Both the position numbers and the translations under genes were made by a program. Shown here piece after piece: positions 1 through 15,000 of a stretch of 64,000 nt of DNA. The stretch comes from the human T2T-CHM13v2.0 reference genome, Homo sapiens, in assembly GCF_009914755.1 (NCBI RefSeq), contig NC_060948.1. One strand, written 5' to 3'. How positions within the stretch are numbered: the stretch's first letter is position 1; the number at the start of each line of letters is the position of its first letter. The notes beneath the pieces are model-generated. The model was not told the origin of the DNA and made no database searches. It saw nothing but the letters and a program-made list of their open reading frames with translations.

Positions 1-3000
1 CTGGTGAGTGTTACAGCACTTAAAGGTGTTATGTCCAGAGTTTGTTCCTTCAGATGTGTCCAGAGTGTCTTCCTTCTGGCAGGTTCGTGGTCTTGCTCAC
101 TTCACTAATGAAGCTGCAGACCTTACTGGTGAGTATTACAGCACTTAAAGGTGTTATGTCCAGAGTTTGTTCCTTCAGATGTGTCCAGGGTTTCTGTCTT
201 CTGGCAGGTTCATGGTCTTCCTCACTTCAAGAATGAAGCTGCCGACCTTAGTGTTGAGTGTTACAGCACTTGAAGGTGTTATGTCCAGAGTTCTTTCCTT
301 CAGATGTGTCCAGCGTTTCTTCCTTCTGGCAGGTTCATGGTCTTCCTCACTTCAAGAATGAAGCTGCAGACCTTACTGGTGAGTGTTACAGCAATTAAAG
401 TTGTTATATCCAGAGTTTGTTCCTTCAGATGTTTCCAGAGTTTCTTCCTTCTGGCAGGTTCGTCTTCTTGCTCACTTCTTTAATGAAGCTGCAGACCTTA
501 CTGGTGAGTGTTACAGCACTTAAAGGTGTTAGGTCCAGAGTTTGTTTCTTCAGATGTGTCCAGAGTTTCTTCCTTCTGGCAGTTTCGTGGTCTTCCTCAC
601 TTCAAGAATGAAGCTGCAGACCTTACTGGTGAGTGTTACAGCACTTTAAGGTGTTATGTCCAGAGTTTGTTCCTTCAGATGTGTCCAGAGTGTCTTCCTT
701 CTGGCAGGTTCATGGTCTTGCTCACTTCACTAATGAAGCTGCAGACCTTACTGGTGATTGTTACAGCACTTAAAGGTGTTATGTCCAGAGTTTGTTCCTT
801 CAGATGTGTCCAGGGTTTCTGTCTTCTGGCAGGTTCATGGACTTCCTCACTTCAAGAATGAAGCTGCCGACCTTAGTGGTGAGTGTTACAGCACTTGAAG
901 TTGTTATGTCCAGAGTTCTTTCCTTCAGATGTGTCCAGCGTTTCTTCCTTCTGGCAGGTTCATGGTCTTCCTCACTTCAAGAATGAAGCTGCAGACCTTA
1001 CTGGTGAGTGTTACAGCAATTAAAGTTGTTATATCCAGAGTTTGTTCCTTCAGATGTTTCCAGAGTTTCTTCCTTCTGGCAGGTTCGTGGTGTTGCTCAC
1101 TTCTTTAATGAAGCTGCAGACCTTACTGGTGAGTGTTACAGCACTTAAAGGTGTTATGTCCAGAGTTTGTTTCTTCAGATGTGTCCAGAGTTTCTTCCTT
1201 CTGGCAGTTTCGTGGTCTTCCTCACTTCAAGAATGAAGCTGCAGACCTTACTGGTGAGTGTTACAGCACTTTAAGGTGTTATGTCCAGAGTTTCTTCCTT
1301 CAGATGTGTCCAGAGTGTCTTCCTTCTGGCAGGTTCATGGTCTTACTCACTTCAAGAATGAAGCTGCAGACCTTACTGGTGAGTGTTACAGCACTTAAAG
1401 GTGTTATGTCCAGAGATTTTTCCTTCAGATGTGTCCAGGGTTTCTGTCTTCTGGCAGGTTCATGGTCTTGCTCACTTCCAGAATGAAGCTGCAGACTTTA
1501 GTGGTGAGTGTTACAGCACTTAAAGTTGTTATGTCCAGAGTTTTTTCCTTCAGATGTGTCCAGCGTTTCTTCCTTCTGGCAGGTTCATGGTCTTGCTCAC
1601 TTCAAGAATGAAGCTGCAGACCTTACTGTTGAGTGTTAAAGCACTTAAAGGTGTTATATCCAGATTTTGTTCCTTCAGATGTGTACAGAGTTTCTTCCTT
1701 CTGGCAGGTTCATGGTGTTGCTCACTTCAACAATGAAGCTGCAGACCTTACTGTTGAGTGTTACAGCACTTAAAAGTGTTATGTCCAGAGTTTTTTCCTT
1801 CAGATGTGTCCAGAGTTTCTTCCTTCTGGCAGGTTCGTGGTCTTGCTCACTTCCTTAATGAAGCTGCAGACCTTACTGGTGAGTGTTACAGCACTTAAAG
1901 GTGTTATGTCCAGAGTTTGTTCCTTCAGATGTGTCCAGTGTTTCTTCCTTCTGGCAGGTTCATGGTGTTGCTCACTTCAAGAATGAAGCTGCAGACCTTA
2001 CTGGTGAGTGTTACAGCACTTGAATGTGTTATGTGCAGAGTTTTTTCCTTCAGATGTGTCCAGAGTTTCTTCCTTCTTGCAGGTTCGTGGTCTTGCTCAC
2101 TTCCTTAATGAAGCTGTAGACCTTAATGGTGAGTGTTACAGCACTTCAAGGTGTTATGTCCAGAGTTTTTTCCTTCAGATGTGTCCTGAGTGTCTTCCTT
2201 CTGGCAGGTTCATGGTCTTGCTCACTTCACTAACGAAGCTGCAGACCTTACTGGTGAGTGTTACAGCACTTAAAGGTGTTATGTCCACAGTTTGTTCCTT
2301 CAGATGTGTCCAGGGTTTCTGTCTTCTGGCAGGTACATGGTCTTGCTCACTTCAAGAATGAAGCTGCCGAACTTAGTGGTGAGTGTTACAGCACTTAAAG
2401 GTGTTATGTCCAGTGTTTGTTCCTTCAGATGTGTCCAGAGTTTCTTCCTTCTTGCAGGTTCGTGGTCTGGCTCACTTCCTTAATGAAGCTGCAGACCTTA
2501 ATGGTGAGTGTTACAGCACTTAAAGGTGTTATGTCCAGAGTTTTTTTCCTTCAGATGTGTCCTGAGTGTCTTCCTTCTGGCAGGTTCATGGTCTTGCTCA
2601 CTTCACTAATGAAGCTGCAGACCTTACTGGTGAGTGTTACAGCACTTAAAGGTGTTATGTCCAGAGTTTGTTCCTTCAGATGTGTCCAGGGTTTCTGTCT
2701 TCTGGCAGGTTCATGGACTTCCTCACTTCAAGAATGAAGCTGCCGACCTTAGTGGTGAGTGTTACAGCACTTGAAGTTGTTATGTCCAGAGTTCTTTCCT
2801 TCAGATGTGTCCAGCGTTTCTTCCTTCTGGCAGGTTCATGGTCTTCCTCACTTCAAGAATGAAGCTGCAGACCTTACTGGTGAGTGTTACAGCAATTAAA
2901 GTTGTTATATCCAGAGTTTGTTCCTTCAGATGTTTCCAGAGTTTCTTCCTTCTGGCAGGTTCGTGGTGTTGCTCACTTCTTTAATGAAGCTGCAGACCTT

Positions 3001-6000
3001 ACTGGTGAGTGTTACAGCACTTAAAGGTGTTATGTCCAGAGTTTGTTTCTTCAGATGTGTCCAGAGTTTCTTCCTTCTGGCAGTTTCGTGGTCTTCCTCA
3101 CTTCAAGAATGAAGCTGCAGACCTTACTGGTGAGTGTTACAGCACTTTAAGGTGTTATGTCCAGAGTTTCTTCCTTCAGATGTGTCCAGAGTGTCTTCCT
3201 TCTGGCAGGTTCATGGTCTTACTCACTTCAAGAATGAAGCTGCAGACCTTACTGGTGAGTGTTACAGCACTTAAAGGTGTTATGTCCAGAGATTTTTCCT
3301 TCAGATGTGTCCAGGGTTTCTGTCTTCTGGCAGGTTCATGGTCTTGCTCACTTCCAGAATGAAGCTGCAGACTTTAGTGGTGAGTGTTACAGCACTTAAA
3401 GTTGTTATGTCCAGAGTTTTTTCCTTCAGATGTGTCCAGCGTTTCTTCCTTCTGGCAGGTTCATGGTCTTGCTCACTTCAAGAATGAAGCTGCAGACCTT
3501 ACTGTTGAGTGTTAAAGCACTTAAAGGTGTTATATCCAGATTTTGTTCCTTCAGATGTGTACAGAGTTTCTTCCTTCTGGCAGGTTCATGGTGTTGCTCA
3601 CTTCAACAATGAAGCTGCAGACCTTACTGTTGAGTGTTACAGCACTTAAAAGTGTTATGTCCAGAGTTTGTTCCTTCAGATGTGTCCAGAGTTTCTTCCT
3701 TCTGGCAGGTTCGTGGTCTTGCTCACTTCCTTAATGAAGCTGCAGACCTTACTGGTGAGTGTTACAGCACTTAAAGGTGTTATGTCCAGAGTTTGTTCCT
3801 TCAGATGTGTCCAGTGTTTCTTCCTTCTGGCAGGTTCATGGTGTTGCTCACTTCAAGAATGAAGCTGCAGACCTTACTGGTGAGTGTTACAGCACTTGAA
3901 TGTGTTATGTGCAGAGTTTTTTCCTTCAGATGTGTCCAGAGTTTCTTCCTTCTTGCAGGTTCGTGGTCTTGCTCACTTCCTTAATGAAGCTGTAGACCTT
4001 AATGGTGAGTGTTACAGCACTTCAAGGTGTTATGTCCAGAGTTTTTTCCTTCAGATGTGTCCTGAGTGTCTTCCTTCTGGCAGGTTCATGGTCTTGCTCA
4101 CTTCACTAACGAAGCTGCAGACCTTACTGGTGAGTGTTACAGCACTTAAAGGTGTTATGTCCACAGTTTGTTCCTTCAGATGTGTCCAGGGTTTCTGTCT
4201 TCTGGCAGGCACATGGTCTTGCTCACTTCAAGAATGAAGCTGCCGAACTTAGTGGTGAGTGTTACAGCACTTAAAGGTGTTATGTCCAGTGTTTGTTCCT
4301 TCAGATGTGTCCAGAGTTTCTTCCTTCTTGCAGGTTCGTGGTCTGGCTCACTTCCTTAATGAAGCTGCAGACCTTAATGGTGAGTGTTACAGCACTTAAA
4401 GGTGTTATGTCCAGAGTTTTTTTCCTTCAGATGTGTCCTGAGTGTCTTCCTTCTGGCAGGTTCATGGTCTTGCTCACTTCACTAATGAAGCTGCAGACCT
4501 TACTGGTGAGTGTTACAGCACTTAAAGGTGTTATGTCCAGAGTTTGTTCCTTCAGATGTGTCCAGGGTTTCTGTCTTCTGGCAGGTACATGGTCTTGCTC
4601 ACTTCAAGAATGAAGCTGCCGAACTTAGTGGTGAGTGTTACAGTACTTAAAGGTGTTATGTCCAGAGTTTTTTCCTTCAGATGTGTCCAGCGTTTCTTCC
4701 TTCTGGCAGGTTCATGGTCTTGCTCACTTCAAGAATGAAGCTGCAGACCATACTCTTTAGTGTTAAAGCACTTCAAGGTGTTATGTCCAGAGTTTGTTCC
4801 TTCAGATGTGTCCAGAGTTTCTTCCTTCTGGCATGTTCATGGTGTTGCTCACTTCAAGAATGAAGCTGCAGACCTTAGTGTTCAGTGTTACAGCACTTAA
4901 ACGTGTTATGTCCAGTGTTTGTTCCTTCAGATGTGTCCAGAGTTTCTTCCTTCTTGCAGGTTCGTGGTCTTGCTCACTTCCTTAATGAAGCTGCAGACCT
5001 TACTGGTGAGTGTTACAGCACTTAAAGGTGTTATGTCCAGAGTTTCTTCCTTCAGATGTGTCCAGTGTTTCTTCCTTCTGGCAGGTTCATGGTCTTGCTC
5101 ACTTCAAGAATGAAGCTGCAGACTTTTGTGGTGGGTGTTACAGCATTTAAAGTTGTTATGTCCACAATTTGTTCCTTCAGATGTGTCTAGTGTTTCTTCC
5201 TTCTGGGAGTTTCATGGTCTTGCTCACTTCAAGAATGAAGTTGCAGACTTTACTGGTGAGTGTTACAGTACTTAAAGCTGTTATGTCCAGAGTTTGATCC
5301 TTCAGATGTTTCCAGAGTTTCTTCCTTCTGGCAGGTTCCTGGTCTTGCTCACTTCTTTAATGAAGCTGCAGACCTTACTGGTGAGTATTACAGCACTTAA
5401 AGGTGTTATGTCCAGAGATTGTTTCTCCAGATGTGTCCAGAGTTTCTTCCTTCTGGCAGTTTCGTGGTCTTCCTCACTTCAAGAATGAAGCTGCAGACCT
5501 TAGTGTTGAGTGTTACAGCACGTAAAGGTGTTATGTCCAGAGTTTGTTCCTTCAGATGTGTCCAGAGTTACTTCCTTCTGGCAGGTTCATGGTGTTGCTC
5601 ACTTCAAGAATCAAGCTGCAGACCTTACTGGTGAGTGTTACAGCACTTAAAGCTGTTATGTCCAGAGTTTGTTCCTTCAGATGTTTCCAGAGTTTCTTCC
5701 TTCTGGCAGGTACGTGGTCTTGCTCACTTCTTTAATGAAGCTGCAGACCTTACTGGTGAGTGTTTCAGCACTTAAAGGTGTTATGTCCAGAGTTTGTTCC
5801 TTCAGATGTGTCCAGAGTGTCTTCCTTCTGGCAGGTTCATGGTCTTGCTCACTTCACTAATGAAGCTGCAGACCTTACAGGTGAGTGTTACAGCACTTAA
5901 AGGTGTTATGTCCAGAGTTTGTTCCTTCAGATGTGTCCAGGGTTTCTGTCTTCTGGCAGGTTCATGGACTTCCTCACTTCAAGAATGAAGCTGCCGACCT

Positions 6001-9000
6001 TAGTGGTGAGTGTTACAACACTTGAAGTTGTTATGTCCAGAGTTCTTTCCTTCAGATGTGTCCAGCGTTTCTTCCTTCTAGCAGGTTCATGGTCTTCCTC
6101 ACTTCAAGAATGAAGCTGCAGACCTTACTGGTGAGTGTTACCGCAATTAAAGTTGTTATATCCAGAGTTTGTTCCTTCAGATGTTTCCAGAGTTTCTTCC
6201 TTCTGTCATGTTCGTGGTGTTGCTCACTTCTTTAATGAAGCTGCAGACCTTACTGGTGAGTGTTACAGCACTTAAAGGTGTTATGTCCAGAGTTTGTTTC
6301 TTCAGATGTGTCCAGAGTTTCTTCCTTCTGGCAGTTTCGTGGTCTTCCTCACTTCAAGAATGAAGCTGCAGACCTTACTGGTGAGTGTTACAGCACTTTA
6401 AGGTGTTATGTCCAGAGTTTGTTCCTTCAGATGTGTCCAGAGTGTCTTCCTTCTGGCAGGTTCATGGTCTTGCTCACTTCAAGAATGAAGCTGCACACCT
6501 TACTGGTGAGTGTTACAGCACTTAAAGGTGTTATGTCCAGAGATTTTTCCTTCAGATGTGTCCAGGGTTTCTGTCTTCTGGCAGGTTCATGGTCTTGCTC
6601 ACTTCAAGAATGAAGCTGCAGACTTTAGTGGTGAGTGTTACAGCACTTAAAGGTGTTATGTCCAGAGTTTGTTCCTTCAGATGTGTCCAGAGTTGCTTCC
6701 TTCTGGCAGGTTCGTGGTCTTGCTCACTTCCTTAATGAAGCTGCAGACCTTACTGGTGAGTGTTACAGCACTTAAAGGTGTTATGTCCAGAGTTTGTTCC
6801 TTCAGATGTGTCCAGTGTTTCTTCCTTCTGGCAGGTTCATGGTGTTGCTCACTTGAAGAATGAAGCTGCAGACCTTCCTGGTGAGTGTTACAGTACTTGA
6901 TGGTGTTATGTGCAGAGTTTTTTCCTTCAGATGTTTCCAGAGTTTCTTCCTTCTTGCAGGTTCGTGGTCTTGCTCACTTCCTTAATGAAGCTGCAGACCT
7001 TAATGGTGAGTGTTACAGCACTTAAAGATGTTATGTCCAGAGTTTGTTCCTTCAGATGTGTCCTGAGTGTCTTCCTTCTGGCAGGTTCATGGTCTTGCTC
7101 ACTTCACTAATTAAGCTGCAGACCTTACTGGTGAGTGTTACAGCACTTAAAGGTGTTATGTCCAGAGTTTGTTCCTTCACCTGTGTCCAGGGTTTCTGTC
7201 TTATGGCACGTACATGGTCTTGCTCACTTCAAGAATGAAGCTGCCGAACTTAGTGGTGAGTGTTACAGTACTTAAAGGTGTTATGTCTAGAGTTTTTTCC
7301 TTCAGATGCGTCCAGCGTTTCTTCCTTCTGGCATGTTCATGGTCTTGCTCACTTCAAGAATGAAGTTGCAGACCTTACTGTTTAGTGTTAAAGCACTTAA
7401 AGGTGTTATGTCCAGAGTTTGTTCCTTCAGATGTGTCCAGAGTTTCTTCCTTCTGGCATGTTCATGGTGTTGCTCACTTCAAGAATGAAGCTGCAGACCT
7501 TAGTGTTGAGTGTTACAGCACTTAAAGGTGTTATGTCCAGTGTTTGTTCCTTCAGATGTGTCCAGAGTTTCTTCCTTCTTGCAGGTTCGTGGTCTTGCTC
7601 ACTTCCTTAATGAAGCTGCAGACCGTACTGGTGAATGTTACAGCACTTAAAGGTGTTATGTCCAGAGTTTGTTCCTTCAGATGTGTCCAGTGTTTCTTCC
7701 TTCTGGCAGGTTCATGGTCTTGCTCACTTCAAGAATGAAGCTGCAGACTTTTGTGGTGAGTGTTACAGCAGTTAAAGTTGTTATGTCCACAATTTGTTCC
7801 TTCAGATGTGTCCAGTGTTTCTTCCTTCTGGCAGGTTCATGGTCTTGCTCACTTCAAGAATGAAGCTGCAGACCTTACTGGTGAGTGTTGCAGTACTTAA
7901 AGCTGTTATGTCCAGAGTTTGATCCTTCAGATGTTTCCAGAGTTTCTTCCTTCTGGCAGGTTCGTGGTCTTGCTCACTTCTTTAATGAAGCTGCAGACCA
8001 TACTGGTGAGTGTTACAGCACTTAAAGGTGTTATGTCCAGAGATTGTTTCTTCAGATGTGTCCAGAGTTTCTTCCTTCTGGCAGTTTCGTGGTCTTCCTC
8101 ACTTCAAGAATGAAGCTGCAGACCTTAGTGTTGAGTGTTACAGCACGTAAAGGTGTTATGTCCAGAGTTTGTTCCTTCAGATGTGTCCAGAGTGTCTTCC
8201 TTCTGGCAGGTTCATGGTCTTGCTCACTTCACTAATGAAGCTGCAGACCTTACTGGGGAGTGTTACAGCACTTTAAGGTGTTTTGTGCAGAGTTTCTTCC
8301 TTCAGATGTGTCCAGTGTTTCTTCCTTCTGGCAGGTTCATGGTCTTGCTCACTTCAAGAATGAAGCTGCAGACTTTTGTGGTGAGTGTTACAGCAGTTAA
8401 CGTTGTTATGTCCACAATTTGTTCCTTCAGATGTGTCCAGTGTTTCTTCCTTCTGGCAGTTTCGTGGTCTTCCTCACTTCAAGAATGAAGCTGCAGACCT
8501 TAGTGTTGAGTGTTACAGCACTTAAATGTGTTATGTCCAGAGTTTTTTCCTTCAGATATGTCCAGCGTTTCTTCCTTCTGACAAGTTCATGGTGTTGCTC
8601 ACTTCAAGAGTGAAGCTGCAGACCTTACTGTTGAGTTTTAAAGCACTTAAAGCTGTTATGTCCAGAGTTTGTTCCTTCAGATGTGTCCAGAGTTTCTTCC
8701 TTCTGGCAGGTTCGTGGTCTTGCTCACTTCTTTAATGAAGCTGCAGTCCTTACTGGTGAGTGTTACAGCACTTAAAGGTGTTATGTCCAGAGTTTGTTTC
8801 TTCAGATGTGTCCAGAGTTTCTTCCTTCTGGCAGTTTCGTGGTCTTCCTCACTTCAAGAACGAAGCTGCAGACCTTACTGGTGAGTGTTACAGCACTTAA
8901 AGTTGTTATGTCCAGAGATTGTTCCTTCAGATGTGTCCAGAGTGTCTTCCTTCTGGCAGGTTCATGGTCTTGCTCACTTCACTAATGAAGCTGCAGACCT

Positions 9001-12000
9001 TACTGGTGAGGGTGGCAGCACTTAAAGGTGTTATGACCAGAGGTTGTTCCTTCAGATGTGTCCAGGGTTTCTGTCTTCTGGCAGGTTCATGGTCTTGCTC
9101 ACTTCAAGAATGAAGCTGCCGACCTTTGTGGTGAGTGTTACAGCACTTGGAGTTGTTATGTCCAGAGTTTTTTCCTTCAGATGTGTCCAGCGTTTCTTCC
9201 TACTGGCAGGTTCATGGTCTTGCTCACTTCAAGAATGAAGCTGCAGACCTTACTATTCAGTGTTAAAGCACTTAAAGGTGTTATATCCAGAGTTAGATCC
9301 TTCAGATGTGTCCAGAGTTTCTTCCTTCTCGCAGGTTCATGGTGTTGCTCAATTCAAGAATGAAGCTGCAGACTTTAGTGTTGAGTGTTACAGCACTTAA
9401 ATGTGTTATGTCCAGAGTTTGTTCCTTCAGATGTGTCCAGAATTTCTTCCTTCTTGGAGGTTCGTGGTCTTGCTCACTTCCTTAATGAAGCTGCAGACCT
9501 TACCGGTGAGTGTTACAGCACTTAAAGGTGTTATGTCCAGAGTTTGTTCCTTCAGATGTGTCCAGGGTTTCTGTCTTCTGGCAGGATCATGGTCTTGCTC
9601 ACTTGAAGAATGAAGCTGCCGACCTTAGTGGTGAGTGTTACAGCATTTAAAGGTGTTATGTCCAGACTTTGTTCCCTCAGATATGTCCAGAGTTTCTTCC
9701 TTCTGGCAGGTTCATTGTCTTGCTCATTTCAAGAATGAAACTGCAGACCTTAGTGGTGAGTGTTACAGCACTTAAAGGTGTTATGTCCAGAGTATGTTCC
9801 TTCAGATGTGTCCAGAGTGTCTTCCTTCTGGCAGCTTCATGGTCTTGCTCACTTCACTAATGAAGCTGCAGACCTTACTGGTGAGTGTTACAGCACTTAA
9901 AGATGTTATGTCCAGAGTTTGTTCATTCAGATATGTCCAGGGTTTCTGTCTTCTGGCAGGTTCATGTTATGACTCACTTCAAGAATGAAGCTGCAGACCT
10001 TAGTGGTGAGAGTTACAGCACTTAAAGGTGTTATGCCCAGAGTTTTTTCCTTCAGATGTGTCCAGCGTTTCTTCCTTCTGGCAGATTCATAGTCTTGCTC
10101 ACTTCAAGAATGAAGCTGCAGACCTTACTGTTGAGTGTTAAGGCACTTAAAAGTGTTATGTCCAGAGTTTGTTCCTTCAGACGTGTCCAGAGTTTCTTCC
10201 TTCTGGCAGGTTCGTGGTGTTGCTCACTTCCAGAATGAAGCTGCAGACCTTAGTGTTGAGTGTTACAACACTTAAAGGTGTTATGTCCAGAGTTTTTTCC
10301 TTCAGATATGTCCAGCGCTTCTTCCTTCTGGCAGGTTCATGGTCTTGCACACTTCAAGAATGAAGCTGCAGACCTTACTGTTGAGTTTTAAAGCACTTAA
10401 AGTTGTTATGTCCAGAGTCTGTTCCTTCAGATGTGTCCAGAGTTTCTTCCTTCTTGCAGGTTCCTGGTCTTGCTCACTTCCTTAATGAAGCTGCAGACCT
10501 TACTGGTGAGTTTTACAGCACTTAAAGGTGTTATGTCCAGAGTTTGTTCCTCCAGATGTGTCCAGATTGTCTTCCTTCTGGCAGATTCATGGTCTTGTTC
10601 ACTTCACTAATGAAGCTGCAGACCTTACTGGTGAGTGTTACAGCACTTAAAGGTGTTATATCCAGAGATTGTTCCTTCAGATGTGTCCAGGGTTTCTGTC
10701 TTCTGGCAGGTTCATCGTGTTGCTCACTTCAAGAATGAAGCTGCAGTCCTTAGTGTTGAGTGTTACAGCACTTAAAGGTGTTATGTCCAGTATTTGTTCC
10801 TTCAGATGTTTCCAGAGTTTCTTCATTCTGGCACTTTCGTGGTCTTCCTCACTTCAAGAATGAAGCTGCAGACCTTACCGGTGAGTGTTACAGCACTTAA
10901 AGGTGTTATGTCCAGAGTTTGTTCCTTCAGATGTGTCCAGGGTTTCTGTCTTCTGGCAGGTTCATGGTGTTGCTCACTTCAAGAATGAAGCTGCCGACCT
11001 TAGTGGTGAGTTTTACAGCACTTAAAGGTGTTATGTCCAGAGTTTTTTCCTTCAGATATGTCCAGCGTTTCTTCCTTCTGACAGGTTCATGGTGTTGCTC
11101 ACTTCAAGAGTGAAGCTGCAGACCTTACTGTTGAGTTTTAAAGCACTTAAAGCTGTTATGTCCAGAGTTTGTTCCTTCAGATGTGTCCAGAGTTTCTTCC
11201 TTCTGGCAGGTTCGTGGTCTTGCTCACTTCTTTAATGAAGCTGCAGTCCTTACTGGTGAGTGTTACAGCACTTAAAGGTGTTATGTCCAGAGTTTGTTTC
11301 TTCAGATGTGTCCAGAGTTTCTTCCTTCTGGCAGTTTCGTGGTCTTCCTCACTTCAAGAACGAAGCTGCAGACCTTACTGGTGAGTGTTACAGCACTTAA
11401 AGGTGTTATGTCCAGAGATTGTTCCTTCAGATGTGTCCAGAGTGTCTTCCTTCTGGCAGGTTCATGGTCTTGCTCACTTCACTAATGAAGCTGCAGACCT
11501 TACTGCTGAGGGTGGCAGCACTTAAAGGTGTTATGACCAGAGGTTGTTCCTTCAGATGTGTCCAGGGTTTCTGTCTTCTGGCAGGTTCATGGTCTTGCTC
11601 ACTTCAAGAATGAAGCTGCCGACCTTTGTGGTGAGTGTTACAGCACTTGGAGTTGTTATATCCAGTGTTTTTTCCTTCAGATGTGTCCAGCGTTTCTACC
11701 TACTGGCAGGTTCATGGTCTTGCTCACTTCAAGAATGAAGCTGCAGACCTTACTATTGAGTGTTAAAGCACTTAAAGGTGTTATGTCCAGAGTTTGTTGC
11801 TTCAGATGTGTCCAGAGTTTCTTTCTTCTGGCAGGTTCATGGTGTTGCTCACTTCAAGAATGAAGCTGCAGACCTTACTGGTGAGTGTTACAGCACTCAA
11901 AGCTGTTATGTCCAGAGTTTGTACCTTCAGATGTTTCCAGAGTTTCTTCCTTCTGGCAGGTTCGTGGTCTTGCTCACTTCTTTAATGAAGCTGCAGACCT

Positions 12001-15000
12001 TATTGGTGAGTGTTACAGCACTTAAAGTTGTTATGTCCAGAGTCTGTTTCTTCAGATGTGTCCAGAGATTCTTCCTTCTGGCAGTTTCCTGGTCTTCCTC
12101 ACTTCAAGAATGAAGCTGCAGACTTTACTGGTGAGTGTTACAGCACATAAAGTTGTTATGTCCAGAGTTTGTTCCTTCAGATGTGTCCAGAGTGTCTTCC
12201 TTCGGGCATGTTCATGGTCTTGCTCACTTCACTAATGAAGCTGCAGACCTTACTGGTGAGGGTTACAGCACTTAAAGGTGTTATGTCCAGAGTTTGTTCC
12301 TTCAGATGTGTCCAGGGTTTCTGTCTTCTGGCAGGTTCATGGTCTTGCTCAATTCAAGAATGAAGCTGCCGAAATTAGTGGTGAGTGTTACAGCACTTAA
12401 AGGTGTTATGTCCAGAGTTTTTTCCTTCAGATGTGTCCGGCGTTTCTTCCTTCTGGCAGGTTCATGGTCTTGCTCACTTCAAGAATGAAGCTGCAGACCT
12501 TACTATTCAGTGTTAAAGCACTTAGAGGTGTTATATCCAGAGTTTGATCCTTCAGATGTGTCCAGAGTTTCTTCCTTCTTGCAGGTTCATGGTGTTGCTC
12601 ACTTCAAGAATGAAGCTGCAGACCTTAGTGTTGAGTGTTACAGCACTTAAAGGTGTTATGTCCAGAGTTTGTTCCTTCAGATGTGTCCAGAGTTTATTCC
12701 TTCTTGCAGGTTCGTGGTCTTGCTCACTTCCTTAATGAAGCTGCAGACCTTACCGGTGAGTGTTATAGCACTTAAAGGTGTTATGTCCAGAGTTTGTTCC
12801 CTCAGATGTGTCCAGGGTTTCTGTCTTCTGGCAGGTTCATGGTCTTGCTCACTTCAAGAATGAAGCCGCCGACCTTAGTGGTGAGTGTTACACCATTTAA
12901 AGGTGTTATGTCCAGACTTTGTTCCTTCAGATATGTCCGGAGATTCTTCCTTCTGGCAGGTTCTTTGTCTTGCTCATTGCAAGAATGAAACTGCAGACCT
13001 TAGTGGTGAGTGTTACAGCACTTAAAGGTGTTATGTCCAGAGTTTGTTCCTTCAGATGTGTCCAGAATGTCTTCCTTCTGGCAGCTTCATAGTCTTGCTC
13101 ACTTCACTAATGAAGCTGCAGACCTTACTGGTGAGTGTTACAGCACTTAAAGGTGTTATGTTCAGAGTTTGTTCCTTCAGATGTGTCCAGGGTTTCTGTC
13201 TTCTGGCAGGTTCATGTTCTTGCTCACTTCAAGAATGAAGCTGCAGACCTTAGTGGTGACTGTTACAGCACTTAAAGGTGTTATGTCCAGAGTTTTTTCC
13301 TTCAGATGTGTCCAGCGTTTCTTCCTTCTGGCAGGTTCATGGTCTTGCTCACTTCCAGAATGAAGCTGCAGACCTTACTGTTGAGTGTTAAGGCACTTAA
13401 AGGTGTTATCTACAGAGTTTGTTCCTTCAGATGTGTCCAGACTTTCTTCCTTCTGGCAGGTTCATGGTCTTGCTCACTTCAAGAATGAAGCTGCAGACCT
13501 TACTATTCAGTGTTAAAGCACTTAAAGGTGTTATATCCAGAGTTTGATCCGTCAGATGTGTCCAGCGCTTCTTCCTTCTGGCAGGTTCATGGTCTTGCAC
13601 ACTTCAAGAATGAAGCTGCAGAGCTTACTGTTGAGTTTTAAAGCACTTAAAGTTGTTATGTCCAGAGTTTGCTCCTTCAGATGTGTCCAGAGGTTCTTCC
13701 TTCTGGCAGGTTCATGGTGTTGCTCACTTCAAAAATGAAGCTGCAGACCTTAGTGGTGAGTGTTACAGCACTTAAAGGTGTTATGTCCTGAGTTTGTTCC
13801 TTCAGATGTGTCCAGAGTTTCTTCCTTCTTGCAGGTTCGTGGTCTTGCTCACTTCCTTAATGAAGCTTCAGACCTTACTGGTGAGTGTTACAGCACTTAA
13901 AGGTGTTATGTCCAGAGTTTGTTCCTCCAGATGTGTCCAGAGTGTCTTCCTTCTGGCAGGTTCATGTTCTTGTTCACTTCACTAATGAAGCTGCAAACCT
14001 TACTGGTGAGTGTTACAGCACTTAAAGGTGTTATGTCCAGAGTTTGTTCCTTCAGATGTGTCCAGGGTTTCTGTCTTCTGGCAGGTTCATGGTGTTGCTC
14101 ACTTCAAGAATGAAGCTGCAGTCCTTAGTGTTGAGTGTTACAGCACTTAAAGGTGTTATGTCCAGAGTTTGTTCCTTCAGATGTTTCCAGAGTTTCTTCC
14201 TTCTTGCAGGTTCGTGGTCTTGCTCACTTCCTTAATGAAGCTGCAGACCTTACTGGTGAGTGTTACAGCACTTAAAGATTTTAGGTCCAGAGTTTGTTCC
14301 TTCAGATGTGTCCAGTGTTTCTTCCTTCTGGCAGGTTCATGGTCTTGCTCACTTCAAGAATGAAGCTGCAGACTTTTGTGGTGAGTGTTACAGCAGTTAA
14401 AGTTGTTATGTCCAGAATTTTTTCCTTCAGATGTGTCCAGTGTTTCTTCCTTCTGGCAGGTTCATGGTCTTGCTCACTTCAAGAATGAAGCTGCAGGCCT
14501 TACTGGTGAGTGTTACAGCACTTAAAGCTGATATGTCCAGAGTTTGTTCCTTCAGATGTTTCCAGAGTTTCTTCCTTCTAGCAGGTTCGTGGTCTTGCTC
14601 ACTTCTTTAATGAAGCTGCAGACCTTACTTGTGAGTGTTACAGCACTTAAATGTGTTATGTCCAGAGTTTGTTTCTTCAGATGTGTCCAGAGTTTCTTCT
14701 TTCTGGGAGTTTCGTGGTCTTCCTCACTTCAAGAATGAAGCTGCAGACCTTACTGGTGAGTGTTACAGCACTTAAAGGTGTTATGTCCAGAGTTTGTTCC
14801 TTCAGATGTGTCCAGGGTTTCTGTCTTCTGGCAGGTTCATGGTGTTGCTCACTTCAAGAATGAAGCTACCGACCTTAGTGGTGAGTTTTACAGCACTTAA
14901 AGGTGTTATGCCCAGAGTTTTTTCCTTCAGATATGTCCAGCGTTTCTTCCTTCTGGCAGGTTCATGGTCTTGCTCATTTCAAGAATGAAGCTGCAGACTT

